Below are positions 16,621 to 35,509 of a stretch of DNA of 64,000 nt, one piece after another. The DNA is from the human T2T-CHM13v2.0 reference genome, Homo sapiens, in the NCBI RefSeq assembly GCF_009914755.1, contig NC_060934.1; one strand, given 5' to 3'. Numbering within the stretch: position 1 is the first letter of the stretch; each line of letters starts with the position of its first letter. The translations under genes and the position numbers were made by a program. The notes beneath the pieces are model-generated. The model was given only the letters and a program-made list of their open reading frames with translations. It had not been told where the DNA came from and made no database searches.

Positions 16621-16634
16621 CTGCCACCTGCTGG
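16621..16634 (-). promoter_or_regulatory. CTCF core motif
   Basis: Minus strand CCAGCAGGTGGCAG, full match to CCASYAGRKGGCRS. Confidence 0.65.
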
Positions 16635-16738
16635 TACGCCATCAATATGCATGGGAAAGAAAGGATCCAACACAGGACCTTTTTTCTCCTCCTTTCTCTC
16701 TTAGGGGTAATCTCCCAGAGGAGACAACGGTAAACTAG

Positions 16739-17117
<379 letters not shown>

Positions 17118-17447
17118 TAAACAACAATACACTCTAACACTATTGAGTGGTACCATATTCCTCTAAGACTTACAGAATTCGAAAAACAAACAAATCCAGT
17201 TCTAGTCTCACAGCATTGACGTTAGAGTTTCCAGAGAAGGGGTGTGGGACATGGGAATATGAGTCAAACTGTAGAAAATTACTTCACCCTTATAGTCAAC
17301 ATTGTTTCATCTGCAGCTCTTCCGTAAAACAGGATTAGCTGTAAGGCATGAAGAGCTTTTCCATCTTGAGTCCATCTGTGCGACTGCCAGAAAGGAGCTT
17401 TGTGCAGTTAGAGGGTCATTCTGTGGGAATCAGAGACAGATGTTAGA

Positions 17448-18050
<603 letters not shown>

Positions 18051-18084
18051 ACAGAGTTTGACAAACAATTATGACTAAGGTTAA

Positions 18085-18330
18085 TTGAGTGCTTACTGTG
18101 TACTAAGGGTTACCTAGCAGGTATACTATGCCAAGGTTTTTGTGCACACTGGTTTTTCATTTAATCATCATAATAGCAGTATTAAAAAATGTATTATTAT
18201 CATTTCAATTTTACAAGCCAGAAGACTGAAATTCAGAGAGAATAAGGGATAAGTTACCATAGTTGGTGAGTGACAACACCTGGACTTGAACCCAGATGCT
18301 TAGAAATCCAAAACCAAGGATCTTATCCAC
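18085..18330 (-). mobile_element. MIR fragment
   Basis: ttgagtgcttactgtg...catttaatcatcataa...cctggacttgaacccag. Confidence 0.65.
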
Positions 18331-19169
18331 AATGCATGCAGTCTTCCAGCAGGGCTCTCTTTGGTCCTACCTCTATTGAGTTCCTTTTCATGCTCCTGTT
18401 CTGTGGCTTTGTCATAGAGTATTTTCCCCTCTCTATAAGACCGTCTTGGTGTAAATTCTATAGTCAGGTAAAAAGAGGTTTCTCTCCTTTACATATTTTC
18501 CTATGCCCATATTAAATAACAAACTTAGAGGTGGAATGGTATATAAGGGTAGAATTCTTTCCAACGACTTCTTTTAATTTTTGTCCATCTTGGCTTTCAG
18601 TGTCTCGAAGTATAAACTTTCTCAGACATCATAAATCCTTGAGAAAGTGCTCTAAGAGGTTTTAGACAAAAACAGATTTTCCAGATTTGCCTGGAATTTT
18701 TTTTAGCTTTTTGCAAAGAAGGAGAGTTCTGTTTATACAAAAGCACTGGCAAAATTTCTGAGTCTAAAATCCTTCTGTTATTTAGGTACATGGCAGCTAT
18801 ACGTGCACACAAACACATATACATACACACTCATGTGCTCGCACAAACACAGAAAGCCACTTATAATCTCTCTTACAAGGAAATTAGGCTTTTGATCTTT
18901 TTAGTTTTCGTGAGGCAAGTTATCAATTCTAAAGCAAATAAGAGTTGTTATTTCTGGAGTAATTATTCAGGAATGAATAAATGTGACCTCTCCTCCATGT
19001 GTAATTACTTCCTGCTTTGTCTCACATTGCTTTGATTCTCTCCAGTTGTAAAGGGTCAAGAAATGTTTAGTGGTGGCTAGCAGAACAAAATCCAAATAAA
19101 TTATATGTTAAATAACATAGTTTTTTAGAGTTAGCAGAAAAAGCAAAGGCTAGGTTTTGGAAAACTTGG

Positions 19170-19485
19170 CCATCCATCCATCTATCCATCCACGTATCCA
19201 TCCATCCATCCACCTGTCCATCCACTCATCCATCCACCTATTCATCCATCCACCAATCCATCCATCCATCCACCTATCCATCCATCCATCCATCCACCTA
19301 TCCATCCATCCATCCATCCATCCATCCATCCATCCACGTATCCATCCATCCATCCATATATTCATCCATCTACCCACCTATCTTTCCATCCATCCATCCA
19401 TCCAATCATCTATCCATCTATTCATCCATCCATCCATCCATTCATCCATTCATCTATCCATCTATCCATCCATTCACCCACCCAT
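19170..19485. repeat. (TCCA)n imperfect tetranucleotide repeat, about 315 bp
   Basis: Seen directly. Confidence 0.97.
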
Positions 19486-19584
19486 GCCAGGTATGGGGAA
19501 TACAGATTCTACAGTAGAACTCAACCGTGACCATATGGAGCTTGTACTCTTGTGGAAAAGGCAGGCAATAAACAAATTAAAAAC

Positions 19585-20352
19585 TGTTAATTGCAAAACC
19601 AAACTCTGTAAAATATTTTAAAGAGGGTTATTCTGAGCTAATATGAGTGACCATGGCCCAGAGACAACAGTCCCAGAGGTCCTGAGAAAGTGCACCTGAG
19701 GCAGTCAGATTACAATTTGATTTTACACATTTCAAGGAGACAGAAATTGCAGGTAAAATCATAAATCAGTACACGGAAGGTATACATTGGTTCAGCCTAA
19801 AAAGGCAGGACATCCCGAAGCGAGGGGCTTACAAGTTGTAGATGAGTTTTAGGGATTCTTTAGTTGGCAATTGGTTGAAAGAGTTAAGCTTTGTCTAAAG
19901 ACTTGAAGTCTTTAGACAATGCCTAGCATTCCCTTCTATTGACTTCAAGTTAAGATAAGGAGGTCTGCTACCTGTCATGTGATGCTATACCAGAGTCAGG
20001 CTGGAAAGTAAGCCACATTATACCAGGCTAATGTGAAAAACGAAAACAAAAACACACATTTAATGAGCTTTTGTGGTTTGTAGGGCATGACTTAACCCTT
20101 GCCTTGCATGCGCTTAGGTCTTGTTTATAACTTGGTATCATATTGCCACAAAGAGTCCACTCTGTCAGTCTTATAATCCCTATTTTAACATTAACGCTGG
20201 TCAGTTGCGCCTAAACTCCAAAAGGGAGTGGGTATCACAAAACATGTGGGACCTCCCTTCCCATCATGGCCCAGAAAAGAGTTTTTCAAGTTTCTCTGGG
20301 GTCCGTTTGGCCAAGTTGGCTGGGGGGCTTAGGATTTTATTATTAGTTTACA
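19585..20352 (-). mobile_element. MER4-family ERV1 solo LTR
   Basis: Minus strand starts TGTAAACTAATAATAAAATCCTAAGCCCCCCAGCC (MER4 5' end); TG...CA termini. Confidence 0.85.
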
Positions 20353-20516
20353 GAAGCAAATAAAAACTATACATTGAAATGAGTCTTATGAAGGAAACAA
20401 ACAGGGTGCAGAGATAGAGGACAGTCTGCTTTAGAGAAAGTGATCGGGAAGGCCTTCAGCTCATTGAGAACTGGTGAAGGAAATGATTCAGCAGCCCGGG
20501 CAGAAGGAAGCACAAG

Positions 20517-21121
20517 CGTCAAAAGCGCTTGAACCAGAGAGACTCCATTTTGAATAGGGGCTGGGTGAAATAATCCTGAGACCTACTGGGCTGCATTCCC
20601 AAGAAGTTAGGCATTCTAAGTCACTGGAAGAGATAGGACGTTGGCACAAGATACAGGTCACAAAGACCTTGTTGATAAAACAGGTTGTAGTAAAGAAGCC
20701 AACCAAAACCCACCAAAACCAAGATGGTAACAAAAGTGACACCTGGGCATCCTCACTGCTCATTATACACTAATTATATTGCATTAGCATGCTAAAAGAC
20801 ACTCCCACCAGTGCCAAGACAGTTTATAGATGCCGTGGCAATGTGAGGAAGTTACTCTATATGGTTTAAAAAGGGGAGGAGCCCTCAATTCTTGGAATTG
20901 CCCACCCCTTTCCCAGAAAACTCATAAATAATTCACTCCTTGTTTAGCACATAATCAAGCCCAAGCTGCTGCTCTGCCTTTGGAGTAGCCATTCTTTATT
21001 TCTTTACTTTCTTAATAAACTTGCTTTCAGTTTACTGCAAGGATTCCCCTCCAGTTCTTCACTGTGTGAGATCCAAGAACCCTCTTCATGGGGTCTGGAT
21101 CAGGGCCCCTTTCCAGTAACT
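20517..21121 (+). mobile_element. MER41B ERV1 solo LTR
   Basis: gaaccagagagactccattttgaataggggctggg...cattatacactaattatattgcattagcatgc...ggtctggatcagggcccctttccagtaac; 4-bp TSD CAAG. Confidence 0.92.
20889..20918 (+). promoter_or_regulatory. Tandem GAS motifs within MER41B
   Basis: TTCTTGGAA (20889-20897) and TTCCCAGAA (20910-20918). Confidence 0.55.
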
Positions 21122-22336
21122 CAAGTGCAGCAATTTTGAAGTTATCAAGAGCACACAGCTTTAGGGAAAGGACAGTGAACAGTGACAGAATGCAGCGAAC
21201 TAAGGTGAGCATGTGGGAGATACGCAGGCAGAAGCAGTTAGCATGGAGAGATCATCCAGGGATTCTCAGCAGAGTGAGGAGTTAGGGTTTTGTTCAAAGC
21301 TCACTGAAGAGCTACTGAGAGGTTCTAAGGAGAGGAGTAACACGTTACGATTTATATCCTTTTGAAAAGCTACTCTCACTGCTGGGTAGAAAGCAGATTG
21401 AAGAGGTAGGAGGCAAAGTTAAAAGTGTTTCCTGTCATTGAGTATTCTTTTATCTCCTGACATTTCTGTTCTCCAGTATCATGCTATTGACAATTTCATG
21501 TTCCACTTCAATTCCCAAAATGCTCCGTCCTTTTTACAGGTTAAATTTTTTTTATTTTCTTTCTTGCTATTTTTGTTTGTTTGCTCTCTGACTGCATTTC
21601 TAGAATCTTAAAGCTCCTGAGAATAATGTTTCTTTCTTCAGGGCATCCTAAACATCTGGATAGGATGCAATAACCAAGTGTAGCCCTGGCCCAGGTGCGC
21701 TCATAGCACCGAGGATTGTGTCCTAGGCCCCCACATCTGCTTGGAGACCTATAAAACACTCTCCAGGGAGCATTTGAATGCTTCTTTACTTCCAAGCACT
21801 CTAGTTTGTCAGCAAAGGTCTTTCCACAACAGTGATGAAATACTGCGTGTGGCTCCCTGACAAAAGTCTCAGGACACACCCTGCCCTGCCTTAGGGATGG
21901 GCACCGACTCTCCCTTAAGCTCAGCGAGCTCGCACAAGCCCTGCCAGTGATCTCCACAGGGCTTACTTGGCTCTTTTTCTGCGCTTCTCAAGCAATGTGC
22001 TGACCTGGTCTACTGGGCTGCTGGGATGTCTCGGCTGCCTTGTGCTCCTGGCTGGACATTCTAGGATTAACATTCCTGTACTACCAATTTAGGAAACATA
22101 AGTTCACTTGGTGCAGGGCAGAGACACCTTTTTCAATGAGTGAAAATGCCTCTCATCCTAGAGATCTTTCATTTGCCCCTCCAGACCCATTTGCCACCCT
22201 TATGAGCTCTCTCAGTCCACAGGAGGCTCTCTGTGGGCACTACACAGTTGTCCTTTAGCATCTGGCTGGGTTAGGCCAATGAAGACCCCAACAGATCAGT
22301 GGGAGCAGACTGAGGTCAGAGTTCTTATTCCCCATC

Positions 22337-22620
22337 GGAGCACAGTGGCTCATGCCTGCATTCCCAGCACTTTGGGAGGCTGAGGTAGGATGACTGCTTG
22401 AGCCCAGGAGTTCAAGACCAGTCTGGGCAACATACGGAGACTCTGTACAAATAATTAAAAATAAATTAGCTGGGCATGGTGGCACGCACCTGTAGTCCTA
22501 GCTACTTGGGAGCCTGAGGTGGGAGGATGGCTTGATACTGCAGTTGAGTCTGCAGTGACCCATGATTGCACCACTGCACTCCAGCCTGGGTGACAGAGTA
22601 AGACTCTGTTAGAAGAACAA
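22337..22620 (+). mobile_element. AluJ
   Basis: Dimeric Alu. Confidence 0.92.
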
Positions 22621-22629
22621 ATGAAACAA

Positions 22630-22802
22630 AGGAAGAGAGAGAAAGAGGGGTGGGAGAGGAGGGAAGGGGAAGAAAGGGGAAGGGAGGGGAAGGTGGAAGG
22701 GGAAAGGGAAGGGAAGGGGAGGGGAAGGGGGAAGGGAAGGGAGGGGAAGGAGGAAGGGAAGGGAGAGGAAGGGAAGGGAAGAAAAGGGGAGGGGAGGGCA
22801 GG
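22630..22802 (+). repeat. G/A-rich (GGGAA/GGGGA) low-complexity tract
   Basis: Seen directly. Confidence 0.92.
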
Positions 22803-22803
22803 A

Positions 22804-23120
<317 letters not shown>

Positions 23121-23772
23121 CGGGGAGGATTATTTTTAAAAAGTAATTTTATCCCCTCCCTGAAGGTTGCTCTCAGGGTTGCAGCCCATCCTGCCCCACA
23201 GCCCCCTCTACAAGGCTGTCTCTAGTTCTCCACCCTCCCCTTCCCCTTCCAGGCTTAAGGACAGTAATGTACCTCTGTTGTTACAGGTCCCGGGATTCCC
23301 TATTCCTCACCATCTTTGTCCCTTTATAAAATGCTCCTAAAATTATCCCAGTTTGAATGTGCCATCTCTTTCCTGCTAGGACCTTGACAGATACAACTCT
23401 CTCCTTGAGAGTCCTTCTGGCCCTCCCGCTGATGGGACATAAGGACATCTGACCTTCAATTGAGAGCGACTTACATCTCACGCCATGCCATTCCTCCTTT
23501 CAGCAGGATAGTCCTTCCCAACAGGACCACACTTTATGTCTCCCCAGTCTTTAGGACTGCTTAATTCATTCCACAGAGGACTGTGCCATGTCACACAAAT
23601 AAAGCCCCACAGTGCACCTAAAGAAGTCCCCTCAACAACCACAGGCTACATGTGCTATTTATGATCTCTCCTTGACAATTACACGACAATGAATGAAGAC
23701 AAACACTTGGGGGTGTATTACTACACAAAGAGATGAAAAGATGGTGAACCACATTATTAAAGAATAATAATG

Positions 23773-24340
<568 letters not shown>

Positions 24341-24538
24341 TACTATAAATAATTAAATTATGTGAAATCTTAGTAAGGGGTCCTGGCTTCAATGCTCAGA
24401 ACTGGCTTGATATTCCTTATGATGGGTTTTGGTGTCCCTTATTATGAAAATATTGGTAAGGAGCAAATAAAATAAATACTGGAAACCTAGACTGCTTAAG
24501 ACATCAAAAGCACAATAAGAGATTTTAAAATACAATCA

Positions 24539-24889
<351 letters not shown>

Positions 24890-25114
24890 TTAAATCCTTG
24901 TAATCATTGATTTTGATAAAACAAATTTAGGTTTAAAATAAGTTGTTGATGCACTTATTAAATCTCCTAGGATGCTCATCTTTTTTTTAAAAAGCATATA
25001 ATTATTTATAGTAATGATCCCCAAATTTTTAGTGCAACAACCAGCAGGGGCTTCGTCATATATGAAGATTCCTGGGCCCCACACAGAATTTCTGAAAAGA
25101 AATCCCTAGGGCAT

Positions 25115-25858
<744 letters not shown>

Positions 25859-25900
25859 GGGGTCAGTTCAGAATCTACATTTGTAACAAACCCCCTAGGT

Positions 25901-26429
25901 CACGGGTCCCCAACCCCTGAGCCATGGATGGGTACCAGTCCATGGCCTGTCAGGAACTGGGCCACAGAGGAGGAGGTGAGTGGTGAGTGAGCAAGTGAAG
26001 CTTCATCTGTATTTACAGCTGCTCCTCATTGCTCATATTACCGTCTTAGCTCCACCTCCTGTCAGATCATTGGCAGCAGCATTAGATTCTCATAGGAGCA
26101 CAAAACTCATTGCGAGCTGCGTGTGCTAGTGATCCAGGTTGTGCACTCCTTATGAGAATCTAATGCCTGATGATCTGTCACTATCCTTCATCACCCCGAG
26201 ATGGGACCATCTAGTTGCTGAAAAGTAAGCTCAGGGCTCTCACTGATTCTACATTACGGTGAGTCATATAATTATTTCTTATATATTACAATATAATAAT
26301 AATAGAAATAAAGTACATAATAAATATAATGTGCTTGAATCATCCCAAACCATCCCCAGCCTCCAGTCCATGGAAAAATTGTCTTCCACAAAACTGGTCC
26401 CTAGTACCAGAAAGGTTAGGGACCTCCTG
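25901..26429. mobile_element. MER1A (hAT-Charlie), inside a MER5-like remnant
   Basis: Terminal inverted repeats cacgggtccccaacc/ggttagggacctcctg; 8-bp TSD CCCTAGGT/CCATAGGT; about 530 bp. Confidence 0.9.
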
Positions 26430-26759
26430 CCATAGGTGATTCTGCAACAGTTGGTCTTTGAAGAACTTTGCCTTATAGAAGTAGCCTAGATACAGGCCTC
26501 TGACAACAGAACTAAAAAAGGGATTGATGCTTATCTAGCATTTCCTCTTTAAAATGTGTGCTTTTAGAAATCTTTTAAAAATAATACTCTGGTCAATTGT
26601 TTTATTTGTTTTAAAAAGCCATTGATTTACCATGTAGATTAGTAATTGACCATGAAATAGTCATGAAAGGAAGTATAGTTAAAGTAGAAAAATCGTGGCA
26701 TTTCCAGTCAGTGGGACCAGGACCACCCATCACTCCTGAGCTGTGTAAGCTTGTACAAC

Positions 26760-27650
26760 TGTCATAGGTTTGTTGCCCAATGCAAAGTGAACCAATATAC
26801 CAAGACTCCAGGGGTCACAGCAGAGAAAGAGTTTAATAATAATAATCATAGCCCCGCTGGATGACAGGATGGGAGCAAACCTCAAATCCACCTCCCCACA
26901 AGGTTTGGGTATGGGGTTTGTAAGGAGTCTAGACAGGTGATGGGCTAAAGCATGGCAGTTGCTCATTGGTTGAGAAGTGACGGATGGAGTCACGGGGCAG
27001 GGAGATGAAGAAACTGCATCCCCGTGCTGAGGTGGCTACTTGATGGGGGTCTTCAAACTGGATGGTGTCAGCTATTTTGCTGGAATTCAGGATCAGAAAA
27101 AATATCTTAAGCAATTCTTAGGTAAAAAGGTCCAGTAGCAGCCAGGAGTGGTGGATCACACCTGTAATCCCAGCACTTAGGGAGGCCAAGGCAGGAGGAC
27201 TGCTTAAGGCCAGAAGTACAAGACCAGCCTGGGCAATGTAGGGAGATCCCACCTCTACAAAAAAAAAATAATAATAATAATTAGCTGGGCATGGTGGCAC
27301 ACACCTGTAGTAGTAGCTACTCAGGAGACTGAGGCAGGAGGATCACTTGAATCCAGGAGTTAGAGGCAGCAGTGAGCTACGATTGCACCACTGCACTTCA
27401 CCCTAGATGACTGAGTGTGACCTTGTCTCTAAAAAACATATAAATAAATAAATAAATAAAGGTCCAGTGCCAAAGATTCTACCTATAGGGACAATGGGGA
27501 GCAGGTGGTCAGCATGCTACATGCCTCTTGGATAGTTAGCAGCTGCAGGGAGGTGGTTTGAAGTGTATCAGAACACCCTGGCCAAGGCCTAACTATAATT
27601 CTGCCTAGAGCTGGCTAGTAATTCTCATTAACCTTGTGATGGCTGCTTCA
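26760..27650 (-). mobile_element. MER66-family ERV1 solo LTR with Alu insertion
   Basis: gggggtcttcaaactgg...gctggaattcaggatc...atcttaagcaattctta; TG...CA termini. Confidence 0.75.
27140..27460 (+). mobile_element. AluJ
   Basis: TSD AAAGGTCCAGT. Confidence 0.93.
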
Positions 27651-27959
27651 CTTCACTTTCATGAGCTTCAGTTTTCCCATTTGTAAACTCTAGGATAATA
27701 TCATCCCAAATATGTATATTTCAAAGAGCCTGGCATAGCAGCTATCATTGTTTAATATAACCTACCTTATTAATAGATTAGGAACAAAGTCATAATCTCC
27801 ATTGACACAGAAAAGGCATCTGAGAAAACAGAACATTCCGTTTAAAAAAAAAAAGTTAAATTAGAAATTGATGGAAAATTTCTAGTAATAGATGCTCAGG
27901 AAAATTTAAAGTTCCATCTGTTCTCTATCTTTCCTTCCCCTTCTTCTTTCCAGAAATAA

Positions 27960-28333
<374 letters not shown>

Positions 28334-28704
28334 AGGATGCTAAGATCAGACATTACCAATCTGTTTCTACAGAGCCCCCAAGATGATGATGTTAGCTACT
28401 TCCATTTTGCAAAGTGAGGTGCCAGGACACACAGTCAGAACTTGCAAAGCAGATATTTAAAAACAGTTTTGTTACCCTTTACCGAGATCCCACCTGGAAG
28501 TTATGAAATACTTGCAGGTAGAGATTAAACAAGGTGTCTCTGGAGGGTATGACGGATGTGCTGTGAACGTCTCTCCACCACATGGGAAGCTTGACAACTG
28601 TCTCATACAGATGGAGCTTGATGTGTGCTTCAAAAGTAATCTACAGGCAACAGCGTAGCTGAAAATCCTTGGCAGGGGAAGAGGTAAGTTTGGGAAGTGC
28701 CTGT

Positions 28705-28718
28705 GCGCCCTCTAGTGG
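28705..28718 (-). promoter_or_regulatory. CTCF core motif
   Basis: Minus strand CCACTAGAGGGCGC, full consensus match in non-repeat DNA. Confidence 0.7.
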
Positions 28719-29287
28719 CAGATCTAAGGGGAGCGTATTCTATGGGCCAGATGTGGCCACGCAGAGCCCACCTGGGGTTTTCTTAAATCCTTTGGGGCCA
28801 GGAGATCTTATCAGAGGGAGGCTAAATCTGTCCTCCCAGAATCAGAGACATAAGATGCAATTCTGCATGAATCTAGAGAACAGCTTGTGAGAGAGGGCTC
28901 TGAAGAACCCACAAATTACCCCCACAGAATGGGCATGAGCAGATGGTGTGGGGCATGGGAGAATGAAAGTGTTTGCAGATCACACCCCAGGAATCTTGCT
29001 TGTTCAACATAACGACTTTTTTTTTTAACTTGGTGTAAAGGGAAAGTTATATAATATTAAAATTTTTCATTAAAAAATCATAGTCTGACGAATCTTTTTT
29101 TAATTTCTGGGAAAATGTAAACCCTATTTAATTCACCCTGTGACCCATAGAGAAGTCATTTGTTCACATTTTTTATGCTCACATTTATAGATCCTTTTCC
29201 TTTGCTCGGAAGGAAACAACTCAAGTGATTTTCTAATTGTAAAAAAATTCACCAAGTATAGAAAAAGTCTAAATAAGAAAGTAAAAA

Positions 29288-29428
29288 GGCCGGGTGTAGT
29301 GGCTCACGCCTGTAATCCCAGCACTTTGGGTGGTCGAGGTGAGAGGGTTGCTTGAGGCCAGGAGTCCAAGATCAGCCTGGGCAACATAGCAAGACCCCAA
29401 CCCTACTAACAAAATAATAATAATAATA
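29288..29428 (+). mobile_element. FLAM/Alu left monomer
   Basis: Single left arm with (AAT)n tail; TSD AAGTAAAAA. Confidence 0.88.
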
Positions 29429-29477
29429 GAAGTAAAAATAACTTATAACTTTAACTCTCAGTGTTAAATACTGGTAA

Positions 29478-29830
<353 letters not shown>

Positions 29831-30469
29831 GTTGAATTTCTCACATTCTAAAGTGCATTGATTATAACAGATTTTGGAGAAAAATAATGCATTAAATATA
29901 TGCATTGATTTTTCTGGTTCATTCTGTCTTTGCGTGCTGGCTTATGACTTACTCTGGCCACACACTTTATGGCAGAAAATGCCCACTCTTTGCTCTCACA
30001 TTTATATGGTACAGCTACAAGTCACATAAACAAACTAATCTCTTTTTCTTTTTATCTTCCACTGTCTTCTCCTCCTCCTCTTCCTTCTTTTCCTTCTTCT
30101 CCTCCACTACTTCTCCTTCCCTGCCTCTCTCTCTTTCTCTATTTTCCCAATTTAAATTATCAACAGGTGATTCTGGCAAGCCTCATTTGAGTTAAGTGCC
30201 CACTTAGTCAAAAAATCAACCAGGATGCCAGAAGCCCCCTTGTGTATTGTGGGGGGTAGGTGGAGTGGCAGAGGGCATTTAATTTGGGAATGAGGCAGAC
30301 ATTCCAGAATTCGTCTGCTATGAGAGCAGTGTGACTTGCACTTGATTGATGCTCGATATTTTCAATTGATTTGAACCAAGTTGAGAGCTTGTAAGAGTTT
30401 AATAATTCCCACGATGATCTAATTTCGGGGTCAATTTCATTTTGAACAGTTATGTAATAGGAATACTAA

Positions 30470-30776
<307 letters not shown>

Positions 30777-31351
30777 AATAATCAACATTTAATGCAGCTA
30801 TATTCATGTCATCATTTTCACAACTCATCATCCCAAGTTGTAACTAAATACTAACACAGTGATAAGTGAAAGTCTACGTGCTTCCTTAAAACAACTCTCA
30901 GAATGTTCAGTGAACAAAACCAAATTTCTTAGTTCTTGGAAAACAAAACAAAAAAACAAAACTTCAGAGTTTGTTAGGAAATTTGCAAAATTCTTGGCGT
31001 TCAAATCACTCGCACAAAGCAATACTGGGATGAGTCAAGTATAATTGAATCAGGAACATATGGATTAAATTCTCCTTTAAATACACATGGATATAAAGAC
31101 GAGGGGAAAGAGAACCTGCCAAGTTTGTTACCAAAACAAAATGCTTTCAAAATAACTTGAGACAGTCAACAGACCACAAACACAGCTGTGTTCTCTTATG
31201 TCTAAAAAAAAATGAATTTTCCCTTCAATGTCTAGATATTTTAATTAGATTTTTGTTGAGTGCCTATGGCGTGTTAGGCACTTTAGAGAGCTCATCAAGT
31301 CATGTTCCCTACTTGGGAATGTGAAGTCTTTTTTAAAAAACTTCAACTTTT

Positions 31352-32900
<1,549 letters not shown>

Positions 32901-32948
32901 AGGAAACATGAACTCTTAATGAAATGATTAGCATCATTCTCTTCCTGG

Positions 32949-33690
<742 letters not shown>

Positions 33691-34874
33691 CTGGTTTTCC
33701 ACATCTATTTGAATAATTACTTTTAAAAATCTGTGCAGCAAGAGGCATTCCTCTCAGCCTTGCTTCTGCAATTGATTTTTATGGCCTTAACTGACATGAT
33801 GGGAGTAAACTTCCTGGAGTGGGTACGCTTGGATTTGGTGTTAACCAGAGAAGTGGTGGATGGCAGGCAAGGCTGGGCCACATGACGAGAGGAGGAACCA
33901 ACACCAGTTTTACAGACACCAATTTGTGGGGCTGTTTATTGCCACGACAAGGCAATCAGCTTTGCTGATTCATGTTGCTTTTTTCTTTCATGTTTTTAAG
34001 ACCAGAGTTTTCACAGTCTGGGCAATTTTAGGAGGTTCCAAATTTTTCCATCATTTCCATGTTTGTCTTTGAACAGAGTAAATGATGATGTGGGTCAGGT
34101 CACAGATGAGAATTATCCAGCTCTTCTGGGTTATACATCGGTGATGTGTGGCCCACCCAGGCAGAGGGGAGCCTTGTCAAAGCAGCTTTCTGGAAGTGGA
34201 GTTCCTTACTTCATTTTACTCACTGTGATCACCAGATTCCTGATGGCAACCGTTAATCAGGATCCTCCAAGTCAGATGCTTCTAGAGTAACATCTCAGGG
34301 TGTTCATTAATGCTGAAGTTTGCAAAGGCAACAAAAGATGAGTAGATCACAACCGATCACTACATCACATTACATAATTACAATTAATAGAGTTTTTACT
34401 ATAGAGGAAGCAAGCAGAAGTTCACATATCTAACTACAGCTAGCAGGCAGTGGGGCCTAGAAAGCAGCTGGAAACGCTTAGTGATTATGGCTAAGAGAAC
34501 AGTTTTCTTCTCAACCAAAATCCTTTCCCTGCTCTTTCCAAGCTCTGCTGATACTTGTCTGCCTGCTCCTTATTGCATCTGTGCGGAGGTGTCGCTGCCT
34601 TGCATCGAAGTCCTAACTACTATTTGCACAAAAATTTCAGCGTGTGTCTATCAATTTCCCAAAAATCACAGTTGACATCGACTGTATCAGTGATATCCCA
34701 ATGCTACCCCAAGCATATTGCTCTCTATAAAATGACTTTCCGAAATGCATTTCAATAGTCCTCTTACTCTGGGACAGTTTGTTCTTTCCATCAGAGAGGG
34801 CTACACACCGGCCGGTTGCAATTTGAGGGCTCTGTGCTCTGTACAACTTGTTCTGCTCTCATGGGTTTTGCTCA

Positions 34875-35421
<547 letters not shown>

Positions 35422-35509
35422 TTAGTACAATATGGTGAAAGTATGCTGTTGATGCTATGTATGCACAGAGGAAGGGTCATAGCTGGTTGTACTGGGGAAG
35501 GAAGGGAGG

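Larger units (their letters stand above)
20355..21410 (-). mobile_element. L2 fragment hosting the LTR insertions
   Basis: agagctactgagaggttctaagg...tttgaaaagctactctcactgc; L2 3' region in pieces around MER41B. Confidence 0.55.

Noticed and set aside
19150-19621. HPSI-repeat and WMDG-repeat ORFs
   Set aside because: Artefacts of the (TCCA)n repeat.
21749-21756. TATA box CTATAAAA
   Set aside because: No supporting promoter context; expected by chance.
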